Assembly (NCBI GenBank): GCA_013265495.1
Contig: MU058139.1
Location: forward strand, 372,001-436,000
Direction: 5' to 3'
Source of the DNA: Vicugna vicugna
Lineage: Eukaryota
DNA length: 64,000 nucleotides
Shown one piece after another: positions 53,500-64,000 of the stretch. The number at the start of each line of letters is the position of its first letter. Position 1 is the stretch's first letter. The notes under the pieces were generated by a model. The model saw only the letters and a program-made list of their open reading frames with translations, did no database searches and had not been told where the DNA came from. The position numbers were made by a program, and so were the translations under genes.

Positions 53500-54490
53500 C
53501 AACAGAAGAGGGACAAAGTAACTACATCAGCTATCTAGAAAAATCAGCTTGGGCTTCATGCTTAAATACAAAATGATAGCCAGGAATCACCAGACAGAGG
53601 AAGAGTTACAGCTGCCTGAACGGACTAGATAAACTAACAAATGAGGAAACATAATTTAATAAACAGAAAAGAGGTTTAAAAACTGTTTACCCTCAGAGAG
53701 ATTAGAGAAGAGAGTGTGCATTCATGAATCAAAAGCAGGGTATATTAAACAAGGAGGTCTTAGGAAGTATATTTCATTAATAGCCAAAATAATTTTTAAA
53801 AATTTAATAGAGATTTGGAAAATAAAAGAGAAAAATCTCTCAGAAATTAAGTTAAAGGGAAAAAAATGAAAGAAAGAAAGAAATGAAATATATGGGGAGG
53901 GGGGTGGGAAACAAAACTATAGAAAATCAGCCTGGGAGGCTGCCACCCGACTAACAAAACTTCCAGAAAGAATGATAAATCAGAGAGAATGGCTGGAAAG
54001 AAATTTCAAAGGAATAACAGAAAACAATTTCCAGAGGGAAAGAGAGAAATGAATCTTCCTCTGAAAAGGACCCAAAAGCACTAAACAGATTAAGTGAAAA
54101 AGGACACTACTCCCAACAGATACTATGGTGAAATTTCGGCATGATCAATCAAAGATCACAAACGCTTCCCAAGGGAAAACGACAGCTCCCTGCAAAGATT
54201 TGAGGAGACTGATACATTTATGGCCATCAACACAGGAAACATTAGTCGGTGGGACTCTGCCACTGAGATTTAAGAGATACTGATTTTGAACCCAAAATTA
54301 CACGCTAGTCAAATGATCAAAGGTGTGGGCAAAATAAAACATCTTGAAACATTCAACAACTCAACAGTTGTGCCTCCTACACATTGTTTTAGAGAAAGTT
54401 ACTTGAAGGGTATAGGCACTCCAGCTAAATGCCTATACAAGTGTCTGTTTAAAACCAGGAACAAAGTGAAAATAAATTATAGATAACCTC
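53500..54490 (+). mobile_element. Ancient L1 ORF1-region fragment
   Basis: A-rich, degenerate sequence with ORF1-like motifs (aaagaaatttcaaaggaataacagaaaacaatttcc); boundaries approximate. Confidence 0.5.
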
Positions 54491-55289
54491 TCAGCTGGAG
54501 GGCCAGAATCAGTCTAAGAGCAGTAAGTTAGTAGATTCCTAAAGTCTTCAAGAAAAATCCATTGGATTCCAAACAGTGGGGAGTAATGAAAAGCTTAAGG
54601 TACAAGAAGAAAAAGAAAACACTTTAAAATTCTAGTTAAAAAAAGAAAAGAAAATTGTGTAAGGAAATCATCATTCAATAGAAAGCAAACTAAACTGTGA
54701 CTTAACTTTGTAGGATAAGAACAGATAAGTCACGTATTTATCTGGTGACTGCGACCTGGGGGCCAGGATGCACAGACCACCAAGGAGTTCTTGCTTTGAG
54801 GAGCTCACAATATAGCGGGAGGCACAACTGTGAGAAAGGGACTCGGGGTAGCAACTTCCCATAAGCGGAACCACAAGGCAGCAGCACACGCAGAAAATTT
54901 ACTTGACGCTTCCCCGCGCCCCAGCTTGACCTACAAACCACTCCGTCGCAGCCGCTCCCAGAGCTCCCCGGCTTCCGCCCACAGGTCTCTGGCTTCGAGC
55001 TGCTCACTGAGCCTGACCCAAACTAGTGCGCAGGCGCCGATCCAGTCCAATCGGATTCTCCAACCCGGGGTTGGGGGGGTGGATTCCAGAGGGATGGACT
55101 AACCTCTGGGGTGGGTGGAGTCTCGAGGCCGAATAGCAGACGTGATTGGCCAGCCGCGGGGTAGGCAGTCTCTTATGGGCCGAGCCTCGCCCTGAGCCAC
55201 GTCTAGGGAACTGTTCTCCTAATTTGGGAAGGGTCGGGCGCGGGCGGGGCGTGCAGCTGCGAGCCGCACGGTGTGCGCCTGCGCTGTGC

Positions 55290-55414
55290 GCCGGGACAGG
55301 GTGTGTTCCTCGTTCGGTTGCTCGTTTTGCGCAGGTCGAGTGCATCTCTCGGCGCGCGGTTTCGCTCTGCGGAAGCCTGTCGTTCCCACGCCCTGTGAGG
55401 TGCTGCTCTCCGCA
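55290..55414 (+). other. RSU1: Probable RSU1 non-coding first exon (start approximate)
   Basis: Lies downstream of the GC-box/NRF1 cluster; candidate donors GCA|gtgagt (55415) and TGT|gtgagt (55425); the next exon has its own acceptor 3 nt before the ATG. Confidence 0.5.
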
Positions 55415-55663
55415 GTGAGTGTGTGTGAGTGGTACTGCACTTGCGTTTGCTTCTCTGCACGGCGGGAATGGTGCCTGGACCCTTCCCACTGCCCTGTCCC
55501 GCCCTCTCCATCCCCCTCCCTGCACCCGGATCCTGCCCGCTGCTGCCCACTTCCCAGGGCCAGGGGAAACCTGGAGAGTGCCAGCCCGGGGTTCTCTCAC
55601 TTTTATCCCTGCAGCCTGCCAGCCGTCGCCCACGTGCTGTTTTGTTGTCGTTTGGTACAGATC

Positions 55664-55772
55664 ATGTCCAAGTCTCTGAAAAAGTTGGTGGAGGAGAGCC
55701 GGGAGAAGAATCAGCCGGAAGTGGACATGAGTGACCGGGGCATCTCCAACATGCTGGATGTCAACGGCCTTT
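55664..55772 (+). CDS. RSU1: Ras suppressor protein 1, first coding exon (exon starts at 55661)
   Basis: ggtacag|ATC ATG...CTTT|gtaagt; MSKSLKKLVEESREKNQPEVDMSDRGISNMLDVNGL is the RSU1 N-terminus; the gene continues beyond the window. Confidence 0.97.
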
Positions 55773-58700
55773 GTAAGTTCCCTGGAGGCCCTTCCCCTTG
55801 GAGGAGCTGGAGGGACTTCTGAGTATAACAAGTAATTGAGACGTTACAGTGGTTTAAGTCCCACTTGTTGCTTGTAAACAGCACTTGTCAAGGGCTTAGC
55901 TGTCAGAATTTGTTCTGTCCCAGCTGGAAAACGGACAGGAGAGGCAGGATGAGAATCACACAGACTCTTGCTGCTGTACATCACCAGTTGTCCATGCTGA
56001 GTGATGGCATTGGGGTGGACCAAAGATTATTTCTGAATAATTTTTCTATTCCCTTAATACAGTCTTTGCCCTTTGAACAAATGTCACGCAAAAACTACGT
56101 AAGTATTTTTGTGTCTGGAGTAAGTTAAACATTTCTAGACTTCTTCTATCTTTTTCTGGGTTTATTCTCCTAACTTCATTAAGGCTTTTATGTCCTCTTG
56201 TGCTACTGTGATGTCTTCCTAACTTTCCCTCTTGCCTTCAGTTTTACTGCCCCTGTACTTTTAGGCTCTGTATTGCTTTCAGTGTTATTTTCCTGCGGCA
56301 CACATTTTATTGTAACTCTCTCCTTGAAATCAGGGGTGGCAAACTCAAATGCCTTCTGGGGCTGGTTGAGGATGGTCATGAGTTCCATAATAGGGATCCC
56401 ATCTGAAGAGGGCAGCCGCTACGTCTGCTGTCAGAGCCAAATAATTGTCACTGGCCCACGTTTGCCAGACTTTTATTTTTTTTATGAAGCCAAGAATCCA
56501 GACTTTTATATGAAAATTCCTAACTTTTAGATACTGGCAACTAATTCCAACATGTTAGATGTGAATTCAAACCCTTCTTCAGGCTGACTGTGGCTGAAGT
56601 TTGGACCTTCTCCCTTAAACATTTCTCCTGGGTGTCCATTAGCAATGGTAAGGCTCCAAGTTCATTAGGGTGACATGTTCCTTTCTGAATCTGACCACAA
56701 TCTACCTTAGCTCCTGTTCCTTCCATGCATCTGGTGTCCCCACCATCCTGAACTGATAGTCCTTCCTGAACCAGGGCAGCCTTTCAGGTCTCTATGCCTT
56801 TAGAAATATTGTTTCCTCTTCCTCCCTCTGCTTCACCCCAGATCCTGCTACTTACCTGCCAAAGTTCAGCTCACTTGTCACAGCCTTCATTGTGAAGCCA
56901 TCTCTGTCTGTATCACACTGACATAGTCACTTCCAAGGACATACCTTGCTTTGTGACTCCTGTTACACAGGACTGTGATGCGTTCTTAGTCTAAGCACCT
57001 CTCTTCTCCACTGGCTTGCTGGCGGCACTAAACCTGTGCAATATTCACAGGTACCTACCTTCTTTATGATCATGCCTGGAACAGAGCAGGTGCTCAAAAA
57101 TGTTTGATGGATGAAGGAAAGAAGGATGGATTAGGCCGGCGAGTCGATGAGACCCAGACCAGGAGGTGACATGGGAGAAGGGGAGATGTCTGGGAGACCC
57201 CAAAAGATGATGCTTGTTGGGCACAGAGAGGGGAAGGTTACTGTGAATGCTTCGTTTGTGCCTGGGACGGAGCTTGGGAGGTGCCGCTGATTCCTCTCTG
57301 CAAAGGCAAGGGGACGAGAGGCCATAGCTGATGTGCATTTGGTAATCCTTAGGGAGACACCTGCCAGTTAGTTTCCCTTTTGTGCGAGTTAGCATCTCAG
57401 CCTCCTGGGAATGTGCTGGCCTCTCTCAGCTGTGATGGTTTCTTGGTGGCAGTGAGAGAGCAGGTGTCTCTGGTCCTGAATTGGCACTGAAGATCAGGAT
57501 GTGTCCCTGCACTGCCTCTGCCCTGCGGGGGCCGTGGTGGTACCTCAGGGAACCTCAGGGACCACAGCTTTGAAGAGGATTCTTTGTGTAATGTTTATAA
57601 GCAGGGAAACTGGCTTATTATAGTCCCTATTTCAGTTCAGTTGTGTTATCTCTTTGAAGCCTTGGCTTTCATTGGAGAAGAAAAGATAGCCACTTGCTTC
57701 CTGAAACAGGTGTTTCCGGTGTCATATGAGGTGCTGGAAAACAAGATAATTTTTTTTCCCCAAAAAGTGGCTTTGGGAAAAGCCTTGGGGAGTTCAGTGG
57801 AAGTGAATTTGGAGAGTCCACCATCTCTGGCCTTTGGAGGGTGGTTGACCCCAGGAGTGGCTGCTGACACTCCCCGACTTCTGGAGTCTAGAGGGTCCCA
57901 GGATGCCTTCAGGGTCCCCTCCTCCGCTGGGACTCATTTCTCAGTAGTGCACGTAGCGCTTACTCTCTATATTTTAATATTTTACATACTAAGATGTTTG
58001 GCATGATGACGTTAGCTGTAGTATAAGAATTCCTATAGTCTTTAACTTGTAAAAACTTTAACTGTAATCATTAGGTTTTATGTATTAATATCAAGATTAA
58101 GTTCACAGGACAGTTGATTTGCACAGGCAGAGAATGGTTATCGTGTCTCAGGCTTTCCTTTCATTATCTTTGTTTAGTTTCTCAAATGATGAGCAAGAAT
58201 TCAGCTTTGAAGGTAAGAGTGGAGGTTGTGTGCTTGGGAGAGTTGTGTCTTATAACTGCAGCCCTTCCTTCCTCTGAGACAGTCAGTTGCCTTTAAAAAA
58301 TATTCTCAGGAGTTTGGGCACCAAAAACTTTCTGATGGGGAAGGCTCCCTAGGCTGGAGACACACATCAGACAGGTCCTAGAGTTTTCTGTCAGTCCAGC
58401 CAGATGCTGGATGTGGTCAGGTCCTACCCTGGGAGGCAGACATGGTCCAGTGCTCCCACGTCGGGCCTCGGAGTTCAGGTGGTCCGTCTTCCACTTAGCA
58501 CTGTGCGACTTCAGAGAAGTGACTTAACCTTTCTGAGCCTCACGCTCCTCCTCATCAAATGGAAACGCAGGTACCCACTTGGTGTTGCTGGGTTGGTGCT
58601 GAGCGTGCTGTTTCACGTCAGGTGCCCAGCATCGTGCCCGGACTGCGTGCATGCATGGTGACTTTGTACGACTGTCCAGAGAGAGCGTGTAAGCCCCGGG

Positions 58701-61059
58701 GTAACCAGTCCCAATGTAGTGGATGGCCTGAACCAGGGATAGGCTGGTTAATTAGACCGGGCAAGGCCTCTGTGTGTGTTGTGTGTTGATGCTTTCTGTG
58801 TGGCTTCACAGAACCTGGTGTGTTTGGGCCGTTTGCCTAGGATCCTGACAGATTTCTATTGCTGTTTCCTTCAAATGATCCCTCCGTATATTTCTTTCAT
58901 TTCCGCCCGCTACAGGGCATGTAATCTACACACACATTCTCCTTAAAGCTTCCAGGAGTAATGGTACCAATTCTGTGCTTTTTTATTCAAGAGGTTTCAC
59001 TGCAGAATCTCTCCCACACTGCACTCTTCATCTGGGTGATAAAATTGCTCTTGAAGGGCCCTGTAATCAGCTTCAGCTTTGGTGGGAGCAGAGAGTCCCA
59101 GCAGTGGCCAGAGAACCTTTTATCATTTCCTTCTTTTTTTTTTTTTAAGTTTTTTATGACTTTTTGATCTCATCATGCTTATTGCCCTCTGGGTGTCAAA
59201 ACCTGTATCTTTTTTTTTTATTTTTATTTCAGGTTAGACTGAAATATCTCTCTGATAAATCTTAGAAAAGTCAGCTGCCTCTGAGGAAGTTGCCTTTCTA
59301 AAGGACCCTGCAAAATAATCAACAGAGGTTACACCTTTGTTGATTAACGAACAAAGGCTGGTTATCTGGATGGGCTGTTAAACCAGGAGGTGGTCATGCC
59401 TGTTAGGAATTTTCATCATTATAGGACTTCTTCGGGGTAAAGATAAAAGAGCTGTGAAGACCATGTTATTTTCACCGTAATCTTCATTAAGACCTTTTAA
59501 ATTTTTTGCTCCTCTAACTTGCACATTAAAGGCCGCCTTTGTGTTTTGAAACGTGCATGCCTGGGCAGTCCCTTCCTGTCTCTCTCCAGCCAGCCTCCTC
59601 CGCCCAGTGTTAACTGATGCTCATTGAAGAAGTGATGGCTTGCTTTCCACAGGACTCCATCCTCTGTCACCTCCTCTGAGAAGCTCTCTAGGACTAAATT
59701 TTAACCCCCATCCCATCCAGCCTGGCTTAAGCGTCCCTCATGGGTCTGGTGTGCACACCTCTGTTGCGTCTGTACTTGGCGCCTGGGAAAAGTTTCATGG
59801 AGAAGGTTACTGTCACCATCTCATTAGAATTGTTATCATCCTCATCCTCATCCTCATGCTGATCCTGCAGTTTACAGCTGCGGACGCAGAGATCTTCCGA
59901 GCGTTTGTACCTTGCTCCACGTTACACAGACAGTATGGAGCAGGGTCAGGATTTGAACCAGGCCATCAGACTTCAGAAGCTATGTTCTTACCTGCTGCCA
60001 TCTAGCCCTGCTCATGTCGCCACTGTTTTAGACAGACAAGCTCACAAAGATAAAATGGCTAATTCAGCAAGTGTACCCTGGGTGTCTACTGGCAATCTGG
60101 TCCCATTCTAGAAGCCACAGTACCTGCCCTGCAGGGCTATTGATTCTGTATCGATTCAGGGGTTGAGGGATATGTCCGGGGATGCCGACCCTCCCAAACT
60201 CTTGCCAATGGGAACCTTCTTCTCCGAATACACATAGTTTTTAAAAGATCCATTTCAAGAAAGCTTTACTGACGTATTCCTGTGGATAAATGCACCTATA
60301 ACAGTGCAGCATGACAGATTTTCAAACCAAGAAACAGAATGCAGTTGGCATCTCCCAGTCACTGTCCTCTCAAGACAGGGTCCTGACTCTGACAGCATAG
60401 ACTCCCTTTACCTGTGATGCACATCACTGAAAACAAGAGGATTTAGGGTGCACTCTTTACTGTTTCTCACGCTCAGCATCCTGTTCATGAGATTCCTTTG
60501 TGTTATGAAGCTGGTTATAGATCCAGGGTATGACCCTGTCCGAGTACATTCATCCACTCTGCCACTGATGGATGTCTAGGTGGTTCCCAGGCTGGGGCTG
60601 TTACCAGAAGTGCTGCTGTGACCATGTGAATGCATACGTTCCTTTCTGGAGTGGGGACTGGAATTGTTGTGTCATGGAGTGTGCTCTTACACACTTGTTG
60701 AAACAGAAGGCAAGAATCACCAAAATAGAGAAAATACTTGGAATTTAGATGATGGGCAAAAAGGCTTACCATTCTTGATGCAGAACGCGCTCTCACAGAC
60801 CACGCTGGTCAGGCCAGACATGGTTTTTGCTCCATACGTACGTTGCCCTCTTTCGAAAAAAAAATCACTCACATCTCAAGCTTTCCTCTGAGAAGTTTCT
60901 TGCTCACAGATCACTAGTGTCTGTACCAGCCACTGGCAAACTTGTCTACACATTAGATTCACCCCAGGAACTTCAAAACACTCCCAGTGCTCAGGCCACA
61001 CCCCAGAGCAATGGGAGAAGGTCTGAATGTAGAAATAGTTATCAGAAATTTTGCTATTT

Positions 61060-63930
61060 AAAAGAATATGTTTGCATCCGTACCCACCACAGCCTCACGG
61101 TCACTGACCTTGTTCAAGTGCAGATCATTCATCCGTGGCCTGTGGGAACCTCTTGCAGTTGACTCTCCCCTCCACTGGACATGACCAAAGACTGGCCTTG
61201 TAACTTCCCTGCCATCTGCAGCAACAGGCTCTTCCCGATGTGTCTGTGAATTCCCGTCGGAGACCTAGAGTGGGCTGTCCTCACAGCAACCCTGTTTCTG
61301 TCTGTCTGTCTTAGTGGGAAGTATTTTAGGGCCACAATCTGGGCTACACACGTACTCATTATTCCTGGGTAATTAATGACCTTTAGGGCTTCTTAGTGAA
61401 TAGAGCTAAGAATACATATATGTATGTGTAAATGTTTATATATATGTATATATGTTTATATTATACACACAGAAATGCATATATATATATATGTAAAGAT
61501 TAAAATGTCTAATGCGTTCATACTGGTAGGTCCAATTCAAATATGAGGCTGTAAGGCTTTTAACTTCTTTCCCACTACGTCTTTACTTTTCTTCCACTCT
61601 GAGAAGCCTGCTTCTCAGGGATACAAATGATGACAGAATTAGAATATCACACAGTTCCTTATTTAGTACATTACACACAAGTGATAAATTACACACAGTT
61701 ACCTGTGCTGATATTAACCACCGCCACCAGTTTTGGAGAAAACGGTTGTTTTGTACATACTCTATCCCCATTCTCCTTGTTAAAAAAAAAAAATTATGCT
61801 TCCATTTTTACAGCCATTTCCCGTTATTGACCCTCTGCATCTTCCCCTGTTGTTAACATCTGGCATGCCAGTGCTACGTTTGTTGCAGTTAATGAACCAG
61901 TATTGATACATTATTATTAGCTAAAATCCGTAGTGTACATTGTGTTGTGGCTTCTGACATAGCAGCGTAGTGTCGTTTCACTACCCCAAATACCACCTGT
62001 GTTCTGCTTTTCCCTGTCTCCCGCATCACTTCCCACCGAACCCCAGGCAGCCGCTGAAATTCTATGTGTATAGTTTTGCCTTTTCCAGAGCCTGGTGTAG
62101 GTGAAGTCCTGTAGTATGTAACCTTCACAGAAAGGCTTCTTTTACTTAGCAATATGCATTCAAGTTTCTTCTGTCTTTGCTTGGCATGATAGCTGGTGTG
62201 TTTTGATTATTGAATAACCTTTCATTGTCTGGATGCACCAGTTTGTTGATCCTTTCACCTGTTAGAGGACTTCTTGGTTGCTTCCAAATTGTTAGTTATG
62301 AGTAAAGCTGCTATAAACATCTGTGCGCAGATTTTTGTGCGAACAAATTTTTTTGACTCCTTTAGGTAAATGCGAAGGAAAATGATCGCTGGGTTGAATG
62401 GTAAGAATCTGTTTGGTGTAAACTATCTTCCAAAGTGGCTGCACTGTTTTGCATATCCCCCAGCAGTGAATGAGGGTTCCTGTTGCTTCACATCCCTGCC
62501 AGAATTTGGTGGTGTCAGTTGTGTGGATTTCAGTCATTCTAATAAATGTATACTGGTATCTTGTTTTAGTGTGGAGTTCATTAATGGCATCTGATGTGGA
62601 AATAAGCTTATTTGCCACCTGTATATCTTCTTTGATGAGGTGTCTGTTAAGCTTTTTGGCCCATTTTTTAATTGGGTGGTTTGTTTTCTTACTGTTGACT
62701 TTTTAAAGTTCTTTGTGTATTTTTTTAAATTGAAGTACAGTCAATTACAATGTATCAATTTCTGGTGTATAGCACAATGTCTCAGTCATGCATATACATA
62801 TATATAATTCGTTTTCATTTTTTTTTCCATTGAAGGTTATTACAAGATATAGTTCCCTATACTGTACAAAAGAAACTTAATAAAAGTCAATTTATATATA
62901 CAGTGGCTAACATTTATAAATCTCAGACTCCCAAATTTATCCCCTCCCACTTCCTTTCCCTAGTAACCATAAGATTGTTTACTATGTCTGTGAGTCTGTT
63001 TTGTAGATGAGTTCATGGTGTCTTTTTTTTTTTAAGAGTCCATGTATGAGTGATATCATATGGTATTTTTCTTTCTCTTTCTGGTTTAATTCACTTAGAA
63101 TGACGATCTTTAGGTCCATCCATGTTTCTGCAAATGGCATTATTTATTTTAGTCTTTTTTAGGGCTGAGTAGTATTCCATTGTATAAATATACTACAATT
63201 TCTTTATCATGTCATCTGGTTCTTTGTGTATTTTGGAAGGAGGTCCCACACCAAATATATGTTGTGTAAAAATTTTGTCTCAGTCTATGACTTTTTTTCC
63301 CTTATTGTTAATATTGTCTTTCACAGAGGAGAAATTTTTCATTTTAATCAAGTCACAGTTAATGCTTTTTTTTTTTTTTTTGATAGTGCTTTTGGTGGTG
63401 GATCTGAGAAGTCATCACCAGATCAAGGGCTGCTTAGATTTTCTGCTGTCTTGTATTCTGGGACTTAATCCTTTTATATTTCACATTTAGGTCTCTGAAC
63501 GATTTTGAGTTAATGTTTGTCAAAGGTGTAAGTTCTGTGTCTAGATTCTTTTTTTTTTTGGTAAATGTCAAATTCCAGCCCCATTTGTTGAAAAGATTAT
63601 CCCTTTTCCATTGAATTGCTTTTGCTCCTTTGTCAGAGATCAGTTGACTGTATTTGTGTGGATCTATTTCTGGGCTCTCTCCTGTTCCATTGATCTATTT
63701 GTGTGTTTCTTTCACCAATTGCTGGCTATGGATTTCTAGTAAGTTTTGAGTTGGATCATGCCAATTTTCTGAGTTTGTTTTTCTTTTTCAGTATTTTATT
63801 GGCTATTCTGGGTCACTGGGCTTTCCATATAAACTTCAGAATCAGTTTGTCGACATTCACAAAATAAACTTGCTATGATTTTCATTGAGACTGCATTTAA
63901 TCTCTAGATCAAGTTAGGAAGAACTGACTG
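61060..63930 (-). mobile_element. Older L1 (3' UTR and ORF2 C-terminus), interrupted by a young L1
   Basis: ORF 62292-62618(-) RYQYTFIRM...GCEATGTLIHCWGICKTVQPLWK resembles the cysteine-rich C-terminus of L1 ORF2p; boundaries approximate. Confidence 0.8.
62724..63218 (-). mobile_element. Young L1 3' end nested in an older L1
   Basis: TSD GTTCTTTGTGTATTTT at 62708-62723 and 63219-63234; same 3' UTR type as the 15044 copy. Confidence 0.9.
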
Positions 63931-64000
63931 GCCAGGGGTGGGACTGAAATCAAAGTTCCAGCCCTCTATTCACAGGGCTGGCTGCCCTGGCCACCATCCT

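Larger units (their letters stand above)
54820..55780 (+). promoter_or_regulatory. RSU1: RSU1 CpG-island promoter
   Basis: Dense CpG; CCAAT at 55047-55051 and ATTGG at 55145-55149; NRF1-like TGCGCAGGCGC at 55027 and TGCGCCTGCGC at 55274; GC box GGGCGGGG at 55242; CArG box CCTAATTTGG at 55218. Confidence 0.88.

Noticed and set aside
54409..54437. 9-bp hairpin GTATAGGCA / TGCCTATAC
   Set aside because: Short stem inside an ancient L1 remnant; plausible by chance in 64 kb.
7745..55772. Possibility that this is a CUBN/RSU1 pseudogene duplicate
   Set aside because: All 11 CUBN exons have canonical splice sites and compatible phases with no stops or frameshifts, and the RSU1 promoter and first coding exon are intact.
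55004..55831. 275-aa minus-strand ORF and other long ORFs over the CpG island
   Set aside because: Rich in Arg, Pro, Ala and Gly, as expected from stop-poor GC-rich DNA; overlaps the RSU1 promoter and exon; no recognisable domain.
63930..64000. Possible MER21-like LTR fragment at the window edge
   Set aside because: Only about 70 nt are visible, too little to call.

Overview
Mammalian genomic DNA, probably a cetartiodactyl. A camelid is suggested by the young L1 3' ends and the absence of recognisable Alu, Bov-tA, CHR-2 or PRE1 SINEs; this is inference. The + strand carries the last 11 coding exons of CUBN (cubilin; second half of CUB22 through CUB27, stop at 50372-50374, poly(A) signals near 50670-50720). 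All exons have GT-AG junctions and splice into one open frame (1967 nt in the window). About 4.5 kb downstream, on the same strand, are the CpG-island promoter and first coding exon of RSU1. The introns hold old L1, L2, MIR, MLT1 and MER elements, plus four antisense ERV1-type solo LTRs, three young L1 3' ends with target-site duplications (TSDs), and one 50-N gap. I see no novel gene or multi-gene system. The most interesting signals are: a likely L1 3' transduction; an in-frame CUBN-RSU1 read-through splice geometry; a recursive-splice-type CUBN exon start; a locally templated 21-nt insertion; a nested AT-rich palindrome; and three co-oriented CTCF motifs. Repeat family names and CUBN exon and CUB-domain numbers come from recalled consensus or human data, not from a search.
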